A stretch of DNA of 63,486 nucleotides, filler included, from Chiloscyllium plagiosum (Eukaryota): NCBI RefSeq assembly GCF_004010195.1. It is 4 parts of one record of this genome, joined end to end, with 100 filler letters (N's around TTAATTAATTAA, not from the genome) between each part and the next. Parts side by side here need not be neighbours in the genome. Positions count along the whole stretch, not along the records: positions 1 to 30,458 come from NC_057712.1; 3 more parts are not named here. One strand, written 5' to 3'. This document shows, in pieces, positions 12,001 to 23,959 of the stretch. The position numbers were made by a program, and so were the translations under genes. The notes beneath the pieces are model-generated. The model did no database searches and was not told the origin of the DNA. It saw only the letters and a program-made list of their open reading frames with translations. Position 1 is the first letter of the stretch, and each line of letters begins with the position of its first letter.

Positions 12001-14435
12001 TCTCATTCTTAAAAAAAGGGAAGGCCCTGGAGGACTGTGCTTACTATAATCCCATTTCACTCCTGAATATTGACTTCAAAATCCTATCTAAGACTCTTGC
12101 ATTGAGGTTAGAAACTGTACTGCCCTCTATCATTCAGGAAGACCTGAGGGGGTTCATAAAAGGTTGCAGATCGATGGATAATGTCAGGAGATTACTTAAC
12201 ATAATCCAAGTATGTCAACAGCAATTGGTACAAGGATTGATGATCTCCTTAGATACAGAAAAGGCATTCGACAGGGTCAAGTGGCCATATCTTTTTCATA
12301 CATTGAAGCAGTCTGGCCTGGGAGAGACCTTCATCAGGTAGGTGGAGGTTTTCTATCGTGAGCCTCTTGCCACGGTCCTCACCAATGGTGTGTGGTCAGG
12401 CAAATTTAATATTTGTCAGGACAGTCGACAGGGCTGTCCCTTGTCACCATTGCTTTTCACGTTGGTGATCGATCTGCTGGTGGAGGCACTACACAGGGAT
12501 CCCAATATAACCGCTCCAGAAGTGGGGACGAAGTCACATAAGATCGCACTGTATGTAGATGACGTTCTTGTCTTTTAGTCAAACCCAGCAGTCTCAGTGC
12601 CACACCTGATACAATGCAATAATTTATTTGGTGGCTTCTCGGGTTATAAGATCAATTTCGTGAAGTCAGAGGACGTGCCCATGGGTGGTCTCCCGAGAGT
12701 GCCTGATCCTGAGGGTGGAACTCGGTTCCCCTTTAGATGGTCGCAGGACAGCTCTCTCTACCTAGGTATATTTATTACTCTTGTTTTTGATCGCTTATTT
12801 AAAGCCAATTTTGCCCATTTATTCGGACAGAATCAAGCAGGACCTTTGTAAATGGGAGGTGCTTCCCATCTCTTGGTTAGGTTGGATAGCCCTCATTAAA
12901 ATAAACATTCTGCCCCGCCTGTTGTATCCTGTGCGAATGCTTCCTCTGCTTTTTACTAAGCAAATATTTAGAAGACTGAACAGCTGGTTTAGTTCTTTTA
13001 TCTGGTATCACAAGCGGTCCCTAATTAAATTGACTAAATTGCAGTTACCTTACAGACTGGGAGGAGTGGGCCTCCCAGATATCAAAAACTATCAGCTCAG
13101 CTCATTGCTATCTTACGGGAATGATTGGGCCCAGGGGACCCCCACTCACTTTGGTTGGACATCGAAGCATCTCAGGCAAGATGCCCCCTTATTGGCCTGC
13201 TGTTCTTAGACAAAATGTGAACAGTCAAGGAATATTGTCTTGGCCAATAATCATCAATACTATCAAGGCGTAGAGGGCAATGGGTAAGGGTGAGGGCAAT
13301 ATTGTTAAAACATCATTTTTGACACCCATATTGATGTCCTTTGACCAGTTGGCTTGGAAATATGAATTGCCCAATAGGGACCTCTTTCATTTCTTTCAAA
13401 TTAGAAACTTCATATGAAATGACCCCACACTTCTAACTGATCCTTATAGGTCCCACATGGAGAAGAGGTTGTTGAGTGTGAGGGTACATTATCTGTTAGC
13501 AACGCTTATCATCTATTGGGAGAGAGTCCCTCTGACGAGACCAAATGGCTCTGTAAGGTATGGGAGAGGGAGCTTGATGTTGAGATCTCTTCTGAAATGT
13601 GGGAGGATATCTGGGAAAATGCAATAAGGATCTCGATTTGCAACAGGACCCATGCTTTGCAACTGAACATTTTCCACAGGGTCCATCTGGGCCCAGACCA
13701 TCTCACTAAATCTAAAGTGGGAATATCTCCAAAGTGTCCTAAATGTAAAGTGAGCGTGGGCATGCTTACTCATTGTCTTTGGTCCTGCCACAGACTGTGG
13801 GCATACTGGAGCGCTGTGGTGGGTGAAATAGAGAAGGCCTTGGGGACGGAGGTGAAGATGGAACTGGTATCACTTCTTCTTGGCTTTGTTAATTCCTTCC
13901 ACTAGATGCACACAAAGAAAAGGCTTTTCAGTATCCTCACTTTTTGTGCCAGAAAGAACATTCTATTAGGGTGGGTGTCAGAAAATCCCTCAGGGCTGGC
14001 GTAAATCATGGAGCACATCCCCTTGGACTTTGCCATGAGTATGGTGCGCCATAAAACTGAGAATTTCTATGAGACGTGGCGGCTGTGTTTAGACTAGCTG
14101 GGTACAGATTTGTTCACCATACTAATAAGAGCCTTTATATAGCCATGGCAATTCTATGTAATGGATTTGGTATCCAGAGAGGAGGAAGTATGAACATATG
14201 AATAGTATGAACTTCTATGCTCGATGATCGAGGGCTTTCGCTTTGTTTCGTTCAGCTGTGTTATTGTTATTATTATTCCTGTTAAGATTTTCCTTTTTTA
14301 GCTTAGTTATTAGTTATTATTTATTTATCTATGTTATTAGTGAGTTTGATTTTTTAACATTGGGTTGAAGTGTTTGGTTTTGTATCTATTGTAATATTTT
14401 TTTAAAATCCTTTTTTTTCAATAAACATTTTTTTT
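9078..14435 (+). mobile_element. Near full-length degenerate L1-clade LINE (ORF1; ORF2 EN-RT-Cys-rich C-terminus)
   Basis: ORF1 LENRGRRKNLRIAG, IERAHR, YSLRYPA; EN GGDFN, RIDLFL; RT DTEKAFD, RQGCPLSPLLF, YVDD; C-terminal CPKC...HCLWSC; aataaa at ~14420. Many stops and frameshifts. Confidence 0.92.
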
Positions 14436-14639
14436 AAAATGCAGTTACAATTAAGAAACATTTGTATGATGTGGATTTTTTTAATGTATCTAGAATTCTA
14501 TTCAAGCTTTGGACAGTCTTGAGACAAAGTAAATTACTGTTTATTTCCATATTTTCAGTAAAATGTTTGCTCAATATTAACCATTCAATTTTGTCCCAAT
14601 TATCCATGGGTCATAATAATTAATAAGTCTTGTGTAAAA

Positions 14640-15110
14640 AATGCTATGTACTTAGCTTGTACTCAAACAGGGCAATTCTTGCAAAACCCAAATCGAAACA
14701 TCCACTATTGGATGTAATTCCATCATTGTGAAGCATTTGCTGACCAATCCTGAGTGTGCTAATAGCTACACAAACAACCAATTTAAGATAACTGTTCAAA
14801 CCCATAAAATGGCTCATTTATATTTGCTGGTTGCAACGTATGTTTGAATGTAGGGACGTGCTCTCTTCAAACAGAAGAACATGTTCAAGCCTTGAGCCAC
14901 CTTATAATTACCTGGGCATTGGGGAGCTTATAGTTCCCTGTTGCTTTCTCCATAGCAATGCTTCAGCCAATTAGCATTGCCTTGCTAATCAATCAGCAGT
15001 CTTTTCGGCTTTAGCATTAATTGTCACTATCATTTGAAATTTAGCATTCTTCCTGATAAATGAAAGATGAGAAGCATTGGTGACTTGTCATTCTTTTCAG
15101 TAATATTCAA
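14640..15110 (+). mobile_element. Old PLE 3' remnant
   Basis: Translates to KHLLTNPECANSYTNNQFKI (GIY-YIG C-terminal type), followed by a decayed cctgataaatgaaagatgagaagc core. Confidence 0.6.
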
Positions 15111-16429
15111 GGTTTCCTTTCATTCAACCATGTCCAATTCTTCTGTTAAATTTAAGTGCGACTCCAAGTTGAGAAAGTTTTCCTCATATCATATGTTATC
15201 CACAATATGAGATGTCTATCCCCTTCTTATAACTGTTTAAATCAGTTATATGCTAATTGTATTCTACGCCATTATAATTAGTCTTTAACTGCCTTAACCT
15301 GAAGATGTGTAATCTGAATTTGCCCCTTAATGTGCATGATCATGCTCTTTATTTGAGTTTAGAATTTCTTTGTTTTTAAAAAAAATTACCTCATGAATAG
15401 ATGGTTATAATTTAACCTCAATCGCACAGACCATTTGAGCTATTTGTTTCTTGTGATGATACCTGATGTCCCAGGAGCAAATGACAACCTTATAATTCAT
15501 TCTCAGTTACTTGGCATTCAATATGTCACTGCAGGTAGATTTCATGTTACTGAAGAAATAACACTACCACCAATGCATAATTCAGTAAAATACCCTTGGG
15601 CCACCCATTTGTCACCCGTGAATTGCCAACGTCTTCACATACCCTGTAGTAATTACACTTAACATGGATGTCAGCACAACTCATGAATTGGGAATCATGC
15701 CTCACAAAGCAAAGAAGATTAAAAAGCTCATAAGGTACCATTTTCAAAAATATTACATCACTTCAGTAGTTTATGTTTAATATTGATGAAGGATGAAAGA
15801 GCAGTTTATTGACCCACTGCTGCATGATTTTACATAACCTTAGCAGGACAACATTATAACAGTAGAGACAGTAAAACACTCAAACTCGTGTCTTACTGAA
15901 TCTACAATAACAACTATTTCATCCATCTGCAGCTGCAAAGTTTCTAAAATTCAGTTTACAAAAACATTGCAACATGATGATATTGCATAGATTTTACAAA
16001 CACCTGCATTATAAAGTGAGTGTAAACTACATGGGATTTTAAAAGAATATAGAGATATTTCTTTCATAAATTCACTAAGCATTGTAGAGCCTTTGGGTGT
16101 ATTAAAATTAAAATATGTGGAAGAGTACATTGTGTTAATGGCATTGTGACAAACATTTCTTATTTTCAACATTGTAAAATTATAAAACTTCTAAAACAAT
16201 AGGTTATGATTTTCTTAAGATGTTGATCAGAAAAACTTGTCCCACAACGTTCACAATATCAAATGGTGGAAATCCTTTTCCACCCTGAACAAAGGAGAAT
16301 GTCAAAAATATGTTCTTAATGTTGCAACAAAGAGCATGGGTAGAAATACTTCTTCTGTATTTGTGGGGGGTGAGAGAGATCTGTGTTTGTAGAGAAAATG
16401 GAAATAATAAGATGGTCATTAAAAAGCTG

Positions 16430-17220
16430 TAGTGCTTGAATATTCATGAGTGATCAGACCAGATGGAGTGCATGCTGAACTACTTAAGGAAATGAGGGCA
16501 GAACTGGAAGGAGCTGTGGCTGAACATTCTCACAGCTCATTGAGCACGTGGGTGGTGGTTCCAGAAGAGTGGAAAATAGCTAATGTTCTAATTTAAATAA
16601 AACATTAGGAGCCGAAAGCTGTGAATTATAGTCCTGTTGGTTTGACATAAATAGTGGGGAAAGTATTAGAACCTATTGTAAAGGAATCAATTAAAGTATA
16701 ATTAATGATAATAATACTAACATTCCCTTGGTAACATAGATCTAAGAATGGTAAATTGTCGATAATGAATTTATTGGAATGTTTTGAGGCTGTGTCATAA
16801 TTGATGAATTAACGTGATGAAATGGGTATTGTGTACTTCGAATTTTCAACGATAAAATAGAGGCTTTTGGATAAATTAAGGTTTTGTAAATTGGAGAATA
16901 ATTTGGTAAAATAACGGGACAAAAAGGTGATAATCAATGGTAGTAGATCTAATTAGACAGCTGGGACCAGAGAAGTATCCTTGGATTCAGCCCTGGGGTC
17001 TGTTCTCTCTACTTAACCTGATGAAAGTACTGACATCTCGATGGCAGATGATACCAAGTCGTGTGGAAAAGCAGGCTGTTTGAGCAAGATGATAAAGTTC
17101 AGAATAATTTGCTGAGACTTCACTGGGCAGAGCAATGACAGATGGGACTTAAGAATGATTAACGTATGGTAATGTTCACTGGTACTGAGGTAGGAAAAAT
17201 GATTACAGTGAGGAGACATC
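16430..17220 (+). mobile_element. Highly decayed CR1 RT region
   Basis: Remnants of WKIANV, NYSPVGLT, ADDTK. Confidence 0.65.
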
Positions 17221-18109
17221 ATTTCGCAATTCTTATTACAGAGGTAATGTTACAAAAGCATTAAAAAGAAGTAAAAGCAAATTCCTGCGAATAATGTTGA
17301 TCTTATATTTATTCATTACTCTAATTCATAATTTATAGTTCTACTTATTGAACAAGGATGCAAATTTTCTATTCAATTATATTCTCTTAAAGTAACTTTG
17401 AAGTTAGACAAACGTTCATCTTTGCATTAAATAAACTTAAAGGATGCAAGCTAATTACAAATTTTTGCCTGATGAAAGCAAGAATGGACAATAAAAACAA
17501 TACATTAAGCAACAAATAAATCAGATCATAAACACAAGGATAAGGCTGAATGAATTGTACTTTTACCAATCTGAGCAATAATGCTGATGGACAACGTGAA
17601 ATGAGAAAAGGTCATGTGAGGTAATTATGTGTGCACAGTGGAAGGAGTGCAGCTGATGGGCCAATTGTAAACTCCTTCAACCCCGAAATTTAATCTTTTC
17701 TTCCAACAAACATGTTTATTGTTTTCTGACTCCCATTTGTTTGTAGGATCACTGCCTTCTTTCTGGTTGGCTGGTATTTTTCTTCTGTAATTTCTATGTT
17801 GGTTACTTAAATAAAATAGTCCAAGCATAAAATATATTACTGCAGGGTTTAATTGTTTTTGACCATTATTTAGTGTGCTCGGTTTAATTAGGAAACATAA
17901 TTCTAATCAAATTAATTAACTGATATATTAAGCTCAGTTGCATCTTTCATTATTGTTCATATTAATTGTATTAGTGCGCAAAATGATTGTTTTCTTCCAG
18001 TTCTGTTTAAATCATAATAACTTATTTTATAAGTAAAGCAAAATAAAACAGAATTGCAAACATGCTGACGTACATCATTTCATTAATTCAAAGTGAAAGC
18101 AGCTATTCC

Positions 18110-18470
18110 CTTGATGAATCAGTGGGTAAATGCAGTGCATTTCTGGCACTAACCCACATGAGAAGGTTCCAGGTTAACAAAATGTACTAAAGCAACTAAA
18201 TTCATCAAGTGTGTCTCTGGGAATAGGACAACACAGTTGACATCAGTATCATTAGGGCAGGAGGGGAAAAGGAAAGCAGGTTTGGATCCTGACACAATTC
18301 ACTGTTGAACAACGGCTGCTAAATGTTTCCGTGTCTGAAAATTTGCAGTCTATCATCCTGCATATGTTGGTTGGTACCTGTGCCACTAGCAATGGATCTC
18401 AAGTGCCCAAAGAAAGAAGGTAACCTCAAAATTGTTGAGGATGGTACCTGATCAGAGCAAATTATGCTGG
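18110..18470 (+). mobile_element. Possible ancient tRNA-derived SINE
   Basis: Head-like tgatgaatcagtgggtaaatgca...aaggttccaggtt; heavily decayed. Confidence 0.35.
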
Positions 18471-18524
18471 TGTTTTAGGAAGTATCCTTCACTTCTTCAT
18501 ATGAACTCAAACTGGAAGTCTAGG

Positions 18525-18790
18525 GTAGTGAGTTTTGGGAAGATTTGTAGCTCAAGTTGAGGTTCTAGATGTAGGTTTGCTCGCTGACCTGGAAGGTTCA
18601 TTTTCAGACGTGTCGTCACCAGACTAGGTAACATCATCAGTGAGCCTCCGGATGAAGCACTGGTGGCATGCCTCACTTTCTATTTATGTGTTTAGGTTTC
18701 CTTGGGTTGGTGATGTCATTTCCTATTCTTTTTCTCAGGGGGTGGTAAATGGGATCCAAGTGAATGTGTTTGTTGTTAGAGTTCCGGTTC
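18525..18790 (-). mobile_element. PLE terminal fragment with 9-bp TSD
   Basis: Related to the 26549-27939 family; TSD aagtctagg at 18516-18524 and 18791-18799; hammerhead core at 18604-18643 with GAAA mutated to GACA. Confidence 0.8.
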
Positions 18791-18869
18791 AAGTCTAGGT
18801 ATTATTGGTCAAGTCAGATCCCAGACTTCTAACTGGCTTGAGATGTCATGTTTTGTATTGTTAGTTTTC

Positions 18870-19518
18870 TGATAAGATGGCAACAGAGTAGGACGCTTCA
18901 GCTAGAGCTCATTTGCTGCACCCATTCTTTTTCTTTATTTCTTCCACCTTTTCCTCTCTTCGCTCCCTTCTCTCGACCTTGGACACCGGACCCGTCTCCA
19001 ATTCCCAGCTTCTGAGGCGGAGAAGCCAGCCACCAGTGTCCCAGTGCGGAGCATGGTGTCAGCGGCCCAGTGTGGGAGCAGGGACAGCAGTCAGCGGTCA
19101 GACCATATGGTGGGTCCCCTGTGCTAGTCTGCTGCAGAGAGCCCTTGGAGAGAGATGGTGATGTTTATCTTTTTAATTTTGCTTCTTGTTTTGTATGACC
19201 AAGGCTATATGGTGTAAAACTGTAATGTAACTGTTATTTCTTCATTTCTCTAATCTGTGACTAAAGATTGTACCTAAGATGGTGCTGTAAGTGGCGAATT
19301 ATAAACATTTCACAGCACTCATTTAAGTTTATAGAGTCATAGAAGTGTACAGCATGGAAACAGACCCTTCGGTCCAACTCGTCCATGCCGACCAGATATC
19401 CCAACCCAATCTAGTCCCACCTGCCAGCACCCGGCCCATATCCCTCCAAACCCTTCCTATTCATATACCCATCCAGGTGCCTTTTAAATGTGACAATAAA
19501 GTTAATTCAATTCAATTA
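18870..19518 (+). mobile_element. Putative non-autonomous retroelement (aagatggc 5' end, tgtgacaataaa-(attca)n tail)
   Basis: GC-richer body without convincing ORF; 3' end tgtgacaataaagttaattcaattcaatt; interrupted by a CR1 tail. Confidence 0.45.
19331..19490 (-). mobile_element. CR1 3'-tail fragment
   Basis: Reverse complement of the 2990-3140 tail. Confidence 0.85.
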
Positions 19519-20394
19519 AACAAAGTGGACTTTCACCGAAACACAAGTATGCAATGCTGTATTTCTGGTTTAAACAATAAAACAGAAGTTTATTTTGCAA
19601 AAATAATGATAAGATAGAATAAATCAAAGTATTTACAGAATACCGAAATTTCAAATTGCAAAATATACTCAAATTGCGAAATAAAATCCTATCAATTTCA
19701 ACAGTGCCCCTTTACATTACGCATACCAGAGAGAATTTCTTTCCCTATCATATCTATAGGGTTTAACCTTCATTTTTTGGTCTTGAGAATCTGATAATCT
19801 TTTCCTTGAGTTTTTGTACTAAGCTTAGTCTTCCTCAAATACATATACATATTCCAATGAGACCACCGAAATGACTAATTTGCATGACTGATTGCTACTT
19901 AGGCCAAAAGCAATCCACACCAGGTTTTAGCCGTAACAGAAAAATAATTCTATTTGTTGTAGCACAATTAACTTTAACAAGAGCAGTGAAATAAAGGATT
20001 TCTAATCTACTCGCAATTTAAACAACAAACCTTCAAATCCCCAAATATAAAGGTACTTAATCACGATTAAGACAGGAAAATGACAAATGGTATAACATAC
20101 ACTGTACGTGGAAAAAGCTCCTGAAAATCAAAAATCCAGAATGCAAGGTGGAAAGTTATCTTCTCGTAATCCTTTTGATTTTTAAATGATGACATGCTAT
20201 TGACTGCAGGTTAATGGTCGTTCTTTGATTCAGTGGTTGATCAGGTGGATTTAGGCCTTGTATGATTTTTTCTTTCAAGCTTCCTTACTTTTACTATGAT
20301 TTCTCCACATGAAGAAGAAAGCGGGAGTGATGGATGCTTTATGTTTGCGAGCAGTCAATGTTTCTTTCTCTCTACTCATGGCACTAACAGTTTT

Positions 20395-20950
20395 TTAACT
20401 CTCTGCAGCTCACCAATCCACCATCCATAAGCCACAAATCAAGAATGTGATAGAAGGCTCCCCACTTGCCTGGATGAGTGCAGCACCAATAATAATAAAC
20501 CTTACACCATCCAGGTCAAAGCAGCCCACTTGACTGACATCACATCGGCAAATATTCATTCACTCTACCACTGGTGCTCAGTAGCAGCAGCATGTGACAT
20601 CTTCAAGGTGCATGATAGAAATTCACCAAGGCTCCTTAGACAATATCTTCCAAACTCACAAGCACTACCATCCAGAAAGACAGGGGCAGTAGATTCATGG
20701 GAACGTTACCACCTACAAGTTCCTACCCAAGTCACTCATCATCCACACTTGTAAACATATTACCATTCCTTCAGTGTCTCGGGGCCAAAATCCTAAAATT
20801 TTGTCTCTAACAGCATTGTTGGGTAGCCATGCCAAATGAACTGCGGTGGTTAAAGAAAGCAACTCACTAGCACTTTCTCATTGGCAGCTGGAGATAGACA
20901 ATAAAGGTTGACCAGCCAGTGATGCTCACATCCCATGAATGAATTAAAAT
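20395..20950 (+). mobile_element. LINE family B (CR1/L2 group) 3' fragment
   Basis: Collinear with 40370-41111; tail ccagtgatgctcacatcccatgaatgaattaaaa. Confidence 0.75.
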
Positions 20951-20999
20951 ATAATGGAATTATGTAAACTGGGCATAATTTCAATGTATGGTGTCCTCA

Positions 21000-21610
21000 A
21001 CCATTGCATAATGGGAGCTAGAAAATTTAGTAAACAATGAGGATAGTAACTGGACATGCAATGGCTGGTGAAATGTGTAGAGATGTGGCAGGTTATATTT
21101 AATGCAAAAGAGTCTAAAGTAGTTCATGCTGGTTTGAAGACTACTGAGATGCAATTTAAACTAAATTGTACAATTCTAGGAGGAGTTGCAAAAGCAGTGA
21201 GAAATAGGGATGTAATTGTAAAATCTTCACAAGTTGCAGAACAAGCTAAGAAGCTGTTAACAATGTATGTGGTATCTTTAAATATAGAAATCGAGGCACA
21301 TGGAACTGGTGAAGTCCCAACTGGAGTATTGAGGCCAATTCTAGGTATTCAGGAAGATTTTCAAAGCTTCAGAAAGGATGCAGAGGAGATTTACAGGAAC
21401 ATTAGAAGCAGTAATTGTTTCAGTGATGTAGTAAGATTAGAGATCATGGGTTGTTCTTCTTAAAACAAATAAGATTGAGACAGTTCTTCATCGAGGTATT
21501 ATTTCCACTGATTGAAGAGTAAGAATCAGGGGACACAGACTTAGCAAAAGAACCACAGGCAATGTAAGAGAACAAGAAAATATTTATTTGTTTCAAAAAG
21601 CTGGCCTGAG
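21000..21610 (+). mobile_element. Decayed CR1 RT C-terminus
   Basis: ORF 21056-21463 WQVIFNAKESKVVH. Confidence 0.65.
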
Positions 21611-21754
21611 TATGATATTCAACATGGTTTCTTCAACCACAGTATAACTTTGGATTTTGACACACATTTTTCTCCAAACCCAGCTTGTGTTCTGTCTGTA
21701 TCAGTGAACAGATAAACATCAGGGTTACAAGCTTTTATTGGAGGTGACTGAGAG

Positions 21755-22620
21755 AACATAAGAACCAGAACCAAGTGTGGACCACACATACAGCTTGAGC
21801 TTTCTCTGCCAATCAACTTCCACTCCATTTTCACAGGATCCCCAAATCTTGTGATTCTTTTAAGTCCTAAACTCTATTGAGCTCATCCTTGAATATACTC
21901 AATAACTGAACCTTCACAATGCTCTGGGGAGAGAATCTTAAAGACTCACAGCTATCTAAATGAAGAACTATCTCCTCATTTCAGACCAAAATAGCATACC
22001 TTTATCCTGAGGTCATTGTCCTTACTTTGGCACTTTCCAATCGGCTGAAATGCCTTCCCAGCATTTACCTCGTCGAACCTTCTCTGAATCTTTTTGGAGT
22101 TGTTTGTAAGGGGGAAGAGGGTGTGGATGTTGGCCAGTGGTGATGATGGTGGCATATTGATAATGTCACTTGATTACTATCAGAGTTCCAGGTTAATACT
22201 CTGAAGGCATGTGTTGATGGCAGTTAGTGGAATTTAAGTACAATAAATAAAAACTGGATTTAGAAGCTAGCTATCAGTAATAGTGACAATGATAAGTGTC
22301 GCTAATAATTGCAAAAAGTCATCTGGTTCACTAATGTCCCTTAGAAAGGAAAATCTGCTCTCTTGGTCTGGCCTATATGCGACCCTTGCAGTGATGTACA
22401 CCTTCACTCTTAAGCACCCTCTGAAATGGTCTAGCAAATCACTTAATTCAAGGGCAGTTAGGAGTGGGCAACAATATGTTCACATTCCTTTAAAAAATAA
22501 ATAACAGAAAGACTTGTCATTCTTCCTAACACCAACATATGCAGGCACATTCTACTCAATCTCTCACTGGAAGATAGTCATCTCATCCTCAGAATCAACC
22601 TTTGACACTCATATTGCTAT
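21755..22620 (-). mobile_element. Decayed CR1 3' fragment interrupted by a SINE
   Basis: Tail gaacataagaaccagaaccaagtgtggacca; body resembles 460-1122. Confidence 0.6.
22150..22503 (+). mobile_element. tRNA-derived SINE, family B
   Basis: catctggttcactaatgtcccttagaaaggaaaatctg core; tail tcaagggcagttaggagtgggcaac. Confidence 0.7.
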
Positions 22621-22724
22621 AAATATTGCTACCTAATTCTAAATATTTACATTATGTGCTATACCTTACCTCTGCTATAAAATCATTTCTGTACAATTTT
22701 AGTTTGTATTGTATTTTGTGTCAA

Positions 22725-22855
22725 AACATGTGTTGCTGGAAAAGCACAGCTGGTCAGGCAGCATCCAAGGAGCAGGACAGTCGATGTTTCGAGCATAAGC
22801 TCTTCATCAGGAAGATGACTCCGATCTCCAGCATCTGCAGTCCTCACTTTCTCCC
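22725..22855. mobile_element. Tiny PLE terminal-repeat rearrangement: minus pLTR with hammerhead, then plus-strand tail
   Basis: 22725-22812 is reverse pLTR (rc ctgatga a gagc ttat gctc gaaacatc); 22817-22855 is forward tail ctccagcatctgcagtcctcactttctcc. Confidence 0.75.
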
Positions 22856-23959
22856 ACTGTTGTAGTTTGCCACACTTGCATCATCTTTTTTCCCGTCATA
22901 TATAGTTCTACCCTTGTGATAGGTTTTGTTGAAATAAATTTGTCAACCTGTGATTATATAACATGCCAGTTGTTTCCGGGGGTGGAAAGGAACGGCACTT
23001 TTTCTTATAATAAATTAAACGTCTAATGTACAAAAAATCTCCTTTTGTGGCTTTCTGAAGTGATCCATTGAAGCATTAAACCAGAAATTCTTCTGGAGAC
23101 CTTCGTTTTACTCCATTACCTAAAGATAGCAAGCATCATTTACTTGTGTTCGCTTCAAATTATTGTGAAGTATGAGCCCAAGATTTTTTCTTCTCATTGA
23201 TACTCTTATTCTAAACAACTAACGTTAATTTCACAAACACTATAGCATTATGCACTGTTGGGTGAACTTTCAGCTGTGAGTAGGTGGAAGTTAAAGCCTA
23301 CTTCTTCAGAGTTTCTGATTTAATAATATAGTTATAATTATATCCACTCGGTCAGATTGATGGCAATCTGAATCTACTGCACTAAGATATAACCTTTTAA
23401 CTCTCTCTCCTCATCTTTTCGAAGTGTTATTCTCCTCCTCAGGATTCTCTGTTGTTATTTTCCCACAGCTAATGATTTCTTTTGAATCCATCCCTGATAC
23501 TTGTGCACTTTGGCCTTTGAAACCTTGTCTTCAGTGTTCCTGTTTATAACTATAGCTCTGTTGCTTTATACTTATTCCTGTTCAGCTGTTTGTTCTGTTT
23601 TTGTTTTGTTAGTCTGTACATCTGCAGTTTTCACTGCCGTTCCCATAGTGTGTGCTTTCCCTTGATGACAAAGTTCATTCATGGAGTGCTATACAGGCGT
23701 ACTGTTTCCCAAAATGAATGTGCTGTGAATGCCTTCGTTACCCAACAAGTAAGACCTATTCTGGGCCTACTTAAAGAGGCTCTCAATAAGTTGCAAGCGA
23801 GGTGCTTCTCAATTATATGTGCTCTGGTAATGTTGGTGGAGGTGCTGTAGTGAGTTCATGGAGGAGTTTAAAGGTTTCTGCTAACCACAGAATGTCTGAA
23901 CATTAATATCACAATGGACAAATACATGGACAGTATTGTAATGTTGTGGGTGTGTCAAC

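Noticed and set aside
15435..15662. ORF containing DVPGAND, reminiscent of XDH DDVPGSN
   Set aside because: Opposite strand to the XDH exons, no flanking similarity and no matching splice sites.
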